From: an uncultured Gemmatimonadales bacterium
GTDB taxonomy: Bacteria; Gemmatimonadota; Gemmatimonadetes; Gemmatimonadales; GWC2-71-9
NCBI GenBank assembly: GCA_963795085.1
Contig: CAWCFX010000001.1
Coordinates: forward strand, 480,001-544,000
Length of the DNA stretch: 64,000 bases
Direction of reading: 5' to 3'
The notes beneath the pieces were generated by a model that was given only the letters and a program-made list of their open reading frames with translations, was not told where the DNA came from and searched no databases. A program made the position numbers and the translations under genes. Of the stretch, positions 57,917 to 64,000 are shown piece by piece (the stretch's first letter is position 1; every line of letters begins with the position of its first letter).

Positions 57917-59353
57917 TTGACTGAACAGACCCGGCCTCGCGTGTTGCTGCTTGGAGACCCCTCGGCCCGGCCGGAGGGTCTCGAACGCGCGCTGGTGCGC
58001 GGCGGCTTCCAGGTGACCGAGTCCGACCGGGTAGGAACCAGCCGGCCCTCCGGTGCGGTTCCCGACCTGATCCTGGTGACGGCCGCGGAAGCAAACACCG
58101 ACCTCAACGCCGAACTGGAGCGTCTCAAGGGCAAGCACTGGCACAGCGTGCCCACCCTGGTGCTGCTGGCCGCCGGCGACGCCGAAGCGCCTACCCGGCT
58201 GCTCAGCCTGGGCGCCTCCGACGTCATGATCAGCCCCCTCCACCTTCCCGAAGTCATCGCCCGGGCCCACGCCCGCATCCGGGGCCGCACCGACCTGGAC
58301 GGCATCCGGCAGTCCTCCGAGCAGCAGGAGCTTCTCTTCGAGATCTTCCAGGAGGCGTCCGGCGCCCTCCGGCCCGACGAGATCGTCCAGACCCTGGTGC
58401 GCCGGGTGGGCGAGGCCCTCGGCCTGGCCCGGTGTTCCTTCGTCCTGACGCCGCAGGGTGAACAGGTCGGCCGGGTGCTGGCGGTGTTTGAGAACCCCAC
58501 CGTCCGCGACCTCCAGGTGGACCTGAACCGCTATCCCGAGATCCTCGAGGCGGTGCGGACCGAGAAGCCGGTCTTCGTGAGCGACGTCCAGGAGCACCCG
58601 CTCTTTCAGGGCGTCCGGGAGCGTTGGAGCGACCAGCACATCCAGCCCGACCTGCGGAGCGTCGTCGCCCTGCCGGTCAATCTGCATGGGCGCACCTCCG
58701 GGGTCTTCCTGCTCCGCACCGGCAGCAACGACGGCGAGATCTCGGCGCAGCAGCTGGACTTCGCGGGCACGCTCTCCAAGGCCGCCACCCGGCTGCTGGA
58801 GACGGAAGAGCGCCGCGCCGGCATCTACCGGCGGCAGATGCAGGCGGGCGCTACCGATCCGCTGACCGGCTGCGGCAGCCTGGACGCCCTGGACCGCCGG
58901 ATCCGGGAAGAATTCGAACGGGCCCGCCGCTACGCGCTCAGCTTCAGCCTGATCCTGCTCGACGTGGACGAGTTGCGGACGCTCAACGACCGGTTCGGCA
59001 CGACCACCGGCGACCGGGTCCTGGTCGAGCTGGGCAGTATCCTGCAGCGGGAACTCCGGGCTCCCGATTTCGTCTCCCGCTACGGCGGCGACGAGTTCGC
59101 CCTCATCCTGCCGGAGACCGACCTCGACGGCGCCCGCCGCTCGGTCGGCCGGGTCCGTACCCGGATCTCTGCCCATCCCTTTCCCGACCTGACCCCCACC
59201 GACCGGCCCAAGCTCTCCGCCGGCATCGTCTCGTTTCCCCACCCCTCGGCGCTGCAGACCGAAGATCTCTTCGCGCTGGTCGAGGCGGCCCTGCTTCGCG
59301 GCAAGGCGCAGAAGGAAGAGCGGATCGGCACGGCGGAAAGCGTGGCGGCCTAG
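57917..59353 (+). CDS. Diguanylate cyclase (pseudo-receiver, GAF and GGDEF domains)
   Basis: PDLILVT (no acceptor Asp), GAF segment, TDPLTG, RAPD I-site, RYGGDEF. Confidence 0.88.
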   Translation: MTEQTRPRVLLLGDPSARPEGLERALVRGGFQVTESDRVGTSRPSGAVPDLILVTAAEANTDLNAELERLKGKHWHSVPTLVLLAAGDAEAPTRLLSLGASDVMISPLHLPEVIARAHARIRGRTDLDGIRQSSEQQELLFEIFQEASGALRPDEIVQTLVRRVGEALGLARCSFVLTPQGEQVGRVLAVFENPTVRDLQVDLNRYPEILEAVRTEKPVFVSDVQEHPLFQGVRERWSDQHIQPDLRSVVALPVNLHGRTSGVFLLRTGSNDGEISAQQLDFAGTLSKAATRLLETEERRAGIYRRQMQAGATDPLTGCGSLDALDRRIREEFERARRYALSFSLILLDVDELRTLNDRFGTTTGDRVLVELGSILQRELRAPDFVSRYGGDEFALILPETDLDGARRSVGRVRTRISAHPFPDLTPTDRPKLSAGIVSFPHPSALQTEDLFALVEAALLRGKAQKEERIGTAESVAA

Positions 59354-59385
59354 GGTACCGGGATCAGAGAGGATGTACCAGCCCG

Positions 59386-59589
59386 TCAATTCCAACATTC
59401 CCTCAATTCCAACATTCCCTCAATTCCCCCATTCCCTCAATTCCCCCATTCCCTCAATTCCAACATTCCCTCAATTCCCCCATTCCCTCAATTCCCCCAT
59501 TCCCTCAATTCCCCCATTCCCTCAATTCCCCCATTCCCTCAATTCCCCCATTCCCTCAATTCCCCCATTCCCTCAATTCCAACATTCCC
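59386..59589. repeat. 12 x 17-bp tandem repeat TCAATTCC(CC/AA)CATTCCC
   Basis: Exact 17-bp period; AA variant in units 1, 2, 5 and 12; no G on the + strand. Confidence 0.95.
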
Positions 59590-60804
59590 CTAGTTCCCTC
59601 TCCTTCGCAGCCAGTCCGCCGGGTCCAGCGCGATCGAGTTTTCTCCCCGGATTTCGAAGTACAGGTGGGGTCCTTCGTCCGTCGTGGCCTCGCCCACGGT
59701 CGCGATGACCTGCCCCCGGGCGACCGAGGCGCCGACCGGCACCCGGGTCTCGCCCAGGTGCATATAGAGCGAGCGGTAGCCGTTGCCGTGCTGGAGGACC
59801 AGGGTCAGGCCGTAGGTGCCCAGCCGCTGGATATACTCGACGGTGCCGGATTCGACCGCCTTCACCATGGCGCCCGGCGGCGAGCCGATCCCGATCCCGT
59901 TCCGGAGGATGACGCCGCCGCTGGGGAGCCGGGCCCGCCCGAAGGGATAGACGATGGTGCCTTCCACCGGCCAGTCGAGCTTGCCGATGTCCGCCGTGGT
60001 GAGGGAGCCGGGTCCGCTGGGCGCCGCCCGGCCCTCACCGGCCCGGCGGTTTCGCTCCAGGGTGGCGAGCAGGTCGTTGAGCCGGGCTTCGTCGCGGTCC
60101 AGCGCGGTGAGGCGCTGGTCGGTGGTGCGGACGCTGCGCTGGGCCTGCCGCAGCCGCTGGGAGCGCTCGCTGGCCAGGTTGCCGTAGCGGCGCAGCTCCT
60201 CTTCCCGCTCTTCCCGCCGCCGGTTGAAGTCCCCCTGCACATGCACGATCTCCTGCCGCTGCCGCTGCACCCGGTCACGCAACTCCTCCACCTCGCGGAG
60301 CAGGGACCGGTCCTGCCGGCTGGTGAGATAGAGGTACTTGTAACGGCTGATCAGGTCGCCGAACGACTCGGCGGCAAGCAGCACCTGGAAATCGTAGAGG
60401 GGGCCCCGCTTGTAGATGTCCACCAGCCGGCGGGAGACCACCGCCCGCTTCTCGGCCAGGTTGTCCTCCGCCAGTGCGAGGTTGGCGCTGACCCGGTCCA
60501 GCTGGGTGTTGAGGTCGCCGATCTGCGATTCCAGCTCGTTGACGATCCGGTTGGTGGTCTGCCGCTGCCGCTCGAGGTTGCTCAGTTCCTGGTCCAGGGT
60601 GTTCACCTGGCCCTGGATCCGCTGCCGGTCCCGCTGCAACTGTTCCCGCTCCCGGCGGATCTGCTCGATCCGCTGGCGGGATTCCTCCAGTTGCTGGACC
60701 ACGTTGTTCTGGGCCAGCGCGGGAAGGGGCGACGCCGACAGCAGCAGGGCCGCCAGGACCAGGAGGGCGGGCCAGCGGAGCGCCCCGGCCCACCGCTCAC
60801 ACAT
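59590..60804 (-). CDS. envC: Murein hydrolase activator EnvC (coiled coil plus M23 domain)
   Basis: Signal peptide, long coiled coil, LDWPVEG, NGIGI, YRSLYMHL, HLYFEIR; follows ftsEX. Confidence 0.85.
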   Translation of the reverse strand: MCERWAGALRWPALLVLAALLLSASPLPALAQNNVVQQLEESRQRIEQIRREREQLQRDRQRIQGQVNTLDQELSNLERQRQTTNRIVNELESQIGDLNTQLDRVSANLALAEDNLAEKRAVVSRRLVDIYKRGPLYDFQVLLAAESFGDLISRYKYLYLTSRQDRSLLREVEELRDRVQRQRQEIVHVQGDFNRRREEREEELRRYGNLASERSQRLRQAQRSVRTTDQRLTALDRDEARLNDLLATLERNRRAGEGRAAPSGPGSLTTADIGKLDWPVEGTIVYPFGRARLPSGGVILRNGIGIGSPPGAMVKAVESGTVEYIQRLGTYGLTLVLQHGNGYRSLYMHLGETRVPVGASVARGQVIATVGEATTDEGPHLYFEIRGENSIALDPADWLRRRGN

Positions 60805-61666
60805 TCCGCAGGTGCCTTCCCACGCTGACCATGCTGGCGCCCAGGCCCAGCATGACGCCGAAGACCATGATGAGCGCGATGTGGGGGACCTCGAAGAAGA
60901 GCAGCCCCTCGAAACTGCCGGTGGTGCGCCCCTGAAAGAGGAGATAGCCCACCCAGCAGAGCAGCACCGCCAGGCCGCCGCCCAGCAGGCCCTTGATGGC
61001 GCCCTCCACCAGGAACGGCCCCCGGATAAACCAGTCGCCGGCTCCCACCAGCCGCATGATGGCGATCTCCTTGGCCCGCTGCAGCACGGTCATGCGCACC
61101 GTGGTGCCGATGATCACCACCGCGACGACCGCGAAGGCCAGCCCGATAATGAGCACCACCACCCCGGCGATGTTGCGGACCCGGTCCAGCCGCTCGATCC
61201 AGTCGCGGCCATAGCGCACGTCCTCCACGAACTGGTAGGACGAGAGCCGCTCGGCCACCGCCCGCACGTTCTCCGCGTTGCGATACCCTTCCTTGAGCCC
61301 GATCTCCAGCGAAGCGGGCAGCGGATTGACCTGGAGATCACGGTACACGTCGCGGAACTCCACCAGGTCGGTCCGGGCCCGGGCCAGCGCTTTCTCCGCG
61401 CTCACGTAGTCCACCGACTGGACCTCGGGAAACGCCGCGATGTCCTCCGACGCGGCGGCCAGCGCCTCGGCCGGGGTGCCGCGGAGCAGGTAGGCAACGA
61501 CTTCCACCCGCTCCTCCACCGTCCGGAGCGCCTGGCGGAGATTGATGGCCACCAGGCCGAAGAGCCCGACCACGAACAGTGAAAAGGCGATGGTGGTGAC
61601 GGAGAGCACGGAGAGCAGGGGAGCCCGGCGGAACGAGAGCAACGCCTCGCGAGTGACCAGTTTCAT
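60797..61666 (-). CDS. ftsX: Cell division permease FtsX
   Basis: NPLPASL, EIAIMRLVGA..FIRGPFLVEG; four TM helices. Confidence 0.93.
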   Translation of the reverse strand: MKLVTREALLSFRRAPLLSVLSVTTIAFSLFVVGLFGLVAINLRQALRTVEERVEVVAYLLRGTPAEALAAASEDIAAFPEVQSVDYVSAEKALARARTDLVEFRDVYRDLQVNPLPASLEIGLKEGYRNAENVRAVAERLSSYQFVEDVRYGRDWIERLDRVRNIAGVVVLIIGLAFAVVAVVIIGTTVRMTVLQRAKEIAIMRLVGAGDWFIRGPFLVEGAIKGLLGGGLAVLLCWVGYLLFQGRTTGSFEGLLFFEVPHIALIMVFGVMLGLGASMVSVGRHLRNV

Positions 61667-62355
61667 GGCAGGTCCGCCGAGCGGCCTTCGTCGAGCCCGC
61701 TGTCGAAGACGATGCTGCCCTCCCGAAGCTCGACCGTGCGATAGCTGGTCTGGCGGACCAGGTCCAGGTCGTGGGTGGCCATCACCACGCAGGTGCCCCC
61801 GGCGTTGATGTCCCGGAGCAGCTGGAACACCCCGCGGGTGGCCCGCTCGTCCAGGTTGCCGGTCGGCTCATCCGCCAGCAGGATGGCGGGGTCGTTCACC
61901 AGGGCGCGCGCGATGGCGACCCGCTGCTGCTCGCCGCCGGAGAGTTCCGTGGGAAAGGCGTTGGCCTTGCCGGCCAGGCCGACCTGGGTGAGCACCCGCT
62001 GGACCCGGGCCGGGATGACGTCCCGCCGGCTCCCGGTCACCTCGAGCGCGAAAGCCACGTTCTCCTCGGCGGTGCGATCCTCGAGCAGCCGGAAATCCTG
62101 GAACACGATTCCCAGCCGGCGCCGCAACCGCGGCACGTCGTCGGGAGCCAGGTCGGTGATCGTGAAGTTGGACACCCGCACGTCGCCCGAGGTGGGCCGC
62201 TGCTCGGCATACATGAGCTTGAGCATCGTGGACTTGCCCGCGCCCGAGTGGCCGGTCAGAAACACGAACTCACCCTTGGCGACGTGCAGGGAAGCGTCCT
62301 TGAGCGCGAACCCGCCCTTGGGGAAGGATTTGGAAACGTGGGAGAATTGGATCAC
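61663..62355 (-). CDS. ftsE: Cell division ATP-binding protein FtsE
   Basis: GHSGAGKST, VFQDFRLL, LSGGEQQR, ADEPTGNLD. Confidence 0.95.
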   Translation of the reverse strand: MIQFSHVSKSFPKGGFALKDASLHVAKGEFVFLTGHSGAGKSTMLKLMYAEQRPTSGDVRVSNFTITDLAPDDVPRLRRRLGIVFQDFRLLEDRTAEENVAFALEVTGSRRDVIPARVQRVLTQVGLAGKANAFPTELSGGEQQRVAIARALVNDPAILLADEPTGNLDERATRGVFQLLRDINAGGTCVVMATHDLDLVRQTSYRTVELREGSIVFDSGLDEGRSADLP

Positions 62356-62390
62356 AACATGAAGATAGGGATGGAGTTAGGAGAGGTACA

Positions 62391-62547
62391 GGGGCAAAGT
62401 GGGTCAATGGGTCAGTGGGTCAGTGGGTCCGAGAGTCCGAGGGTCCGAGGGTCAGTGGGTCAGAGGGTCAGAGGCAAAGGCAGGGTGCCACTGTCCCACT
62501 GTCCCACTGTCCCACTGTCCCACCGTCCCCCTGGCCCTCAGGCCCCC
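62391..62547. repeat. Octamer repeat tract: GGGTCAGT/GGGTCCGA arm, then an inverted ACTGTCCC arm
   Basis: Right arm is the reverse complement of the GGGACAGT octamers at 23980-24058. Confidence 0.8.
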
Positions 62548-63699
62548 TTACGCAAGCGCCTGCTCGAGGTCCGCGATGATATCGTCCGCGTCCTCGATGC
62601 CGCAGGAGAGTCGCACAAAGCCATCGGGGATGCCCATCTCAGCGCGCTCCTCGGCGCTCATGTGGGAGTGGGAGGTGAGCCGCGGCTCCGAGACCAGGCT
62701 TTCCACGCCGGCCAGGCTGGGCGCGTGGGTCACCACCGAGAGCTTCTTGAGGAACCGTTCGGTGGCCTTCACGCCGCCCTTGATGACCAGTCCCATCATG
62801 CCGCCGTAGTTGTCCAGCGCCTTGTCGGCGAGTTCATGGTCGGGATGAGAGGCCAGCCCGGGATAGCTCACCCGGGCGATCCCGGGATGAGCTTCCGCCC
62901 ATTTCGCGACGGCCATGCCGTTTTTCGAGTGTCGTTCCATCCGGACACTGAGGGTGCGGAGGCCGCGGTCAATCAGCCAGGCGCTGTGGGGGTCGAGGGC
63001 CTGGCCCCAGAGCCGCATCAGCCGGGTGACCTCCTCGATGACGGGAGCGGTGCCGGCCACCGCGCCGGCGATGACATCGGTGTGGCCGTTGAGGTACTTG
63101 GTGGCGCTGGTGATGACCACATCGGCGCCGTGCTCGATGGGCCGGAAGTTGATCGGGCTCGCGAAGGTGGCATCCACCAGCAGGGCGAGCCCGAACTCTT
63201 TCGCGATCCGGGCCAGCGGGCTCAGGTCCAGCACCCGCACCTGCGGGTTGGTGGGCGTCTCGACGAAGATGGCCCGGGTGGATTTCCGGAGCGCCTTGCG
63301 CCACTGCCGGGGCTGGTCCGGGTTGGCGTAGGTCACCTCGATGCCGAAGCGGCCGAATTCCTCGTCGAACAGGCGCCGGGTGCCGCCGTAGATCCAGGCG
63401 CTGGAGACCAGGTGGTCGCCGGGCCGGAGCACCGCCAGGTGGGCCAGCGCGGTGGCGCCCATCCCGCTGGACAGGAAGAGCGCCTCGTCGGCGCCCTCGA
63501 GCAGCGCGTACTTGCGCCCGATGGTGACCACGTTGGGGTTGTTGCCGTAGCGGGTGTAGAGGACTTCTTCTTCGGAGCCCACCGGGTTGGCGAAGGTGCT
63601 GCTCTGGACCAGGGGCGGCACCACGGGGGCCCAGTCGGCGCGGCGGTGCGGCTCGCCGTGCACCGCGATGGTGGACGGCCCGTAGCGGCGGCGGCTCAT
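62548..63699 (-). CDS. PLP-dependent trans-sulfuration enzyme (cystathionine gamma-synthase/lyase or methionine gamma-lyase family)
   Basis: YTRYGNNP, SSGMGA, ETPTNP, DATFASP, SATKYLNGH, SLAGVESL, RLSCGIED. Confidence 0.92.
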   Translation of the reverse strand: MSRRRYGPSTIAVHGEPHRRADWAPVVPPLVQSSTFANPVGSEEEVLYTRYGNNPNVVTIGRKYALLEGADEALFLSSGMGATALAHLAVLRPGDHLVSSAWIYGGTRRLFDEEFGRFGIEVTYANPDQPRQWRKALRKSTRAIFVETPTNPQVRVLDLSPLARIAKEFGLALLVDATFASPINFRPIEHGADVVITSATKYLNGHTDVIAGAVAGTAPVIEEVTRLMRLWGQALDPHSAWLIDRGLRTLSVRMERHSKNGMAVAKWAEAHPGIARVSYPGLASHPDHELADKALDNYGGMMGLVIKGGVKATERFLKKLSVVTHAPSLAGVESLVSEPRLTSHSHMSAEERAEMGIPDGFVRLSCGIEDADDIIADLEQALA

Positions 63700-64000
63700 T
63701 GCAGCAGCAGGGGGCAGTACGTCTCCTGCTCCTGGCGGACCAGCCGCTGCACCGCCAGCTGCCGCAGCGCGGCGAGCGCCTGGCTGAAGCTCCAGGTGAG
63801 CGCGCAGGCCAGCTCGGTCGCGGTGCAGGAGCCGTGTTCGTGAATGTGGCGGAAGGCGGTGCGCAGGTCGTCGGAGGTGTGGCCCAGCAGTACCGGGGCG
63901 GCGCCCGGCGCGGCCAGCACGGCGCAGGTGATGCCCTGGTGGTTGAGCACGTGGTCGATCGCTTCGCTCTGGTCCTCCGAGAGGCCGATCAGCAGGACGT
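63696..64000 (-). CDS. C-terminal part of a hypothetical protein with probable winged-helix end (5' truncated by window)
   Basis: Frame open to the window edge (VLLIGLSEDQSEAIDHVLNHQG..); TATELACAL..ALAALRQLAVQRLV; ATGA-coupled to the next gene. Confidence 0.6.
   Translation of the reverse strand, partial: VLLIGLSEDQSEAIDHVLNHQGITCAVLAAPGAAPVLLGHTSDDLRTAFRHIHEHGSCTATELACALTWSFSQALAALRQLAVQRLVRQEQETYCPLLLQ

Noticed and set aside
59373..59708. 111-aa ORF with PSIPPFPQFPHSLNS repeats
   Set aside because: Translation of the 17-bp non-triplet minisatellite; it overlaps envC on the opposite strand

Overview
High-GC bacterial chromosomal window. Gene content and protein style suggest Gemmatimonadota, which is an inference. 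It holds about 55 CDSs. Core genes include pstS, ilvE, mltD, moaC, holB, uvrA, pckA, nfo and ftsE-ftsX-envC, plus Fpg/Nei, AlkA and a trans-sulfuration PLP enzyme. A ~15-kb glycan locus (8.7-23.8 kb) encodes two GT2 (one lacking catalytic motifs), five GT4, a Wzx flippase, a PAPS sulfotransferase, a methyltransferase, two convergent SDR epimerases and a GlpD-like flavoprotein. tRNA-Asn(GTT) is followed by a ~2.8-kb lower-GC islet with two lipoproteins and a decayed copy of the same cassette. Other modules are an ATP-grasp ligase paired with a four-zinc-ribbon HExxH peptidase, a membrane-anchored metallophosphoesterase/kinase-like fusion, an MBOAT/SGNH pair and a triple-FHA/PP2C pair. The most unusual non-coding feature is a ~720-bp intergenic array (51.5-52.2 kb) of 172-bp palindrome-rich units, each built from ~22-bp subunits. 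Intergenic spaces also carry strand-biased 7-, 8- and 17-bp tandem repeats, often paired as inverted arms. uvrA and pckA each have a single +1 frameshift, probably from sequencing error. No CRISPR array, integrase, transposase, reverse transcriptase or rRNA was found. All calls are by eye from motifs; no database searches were run.
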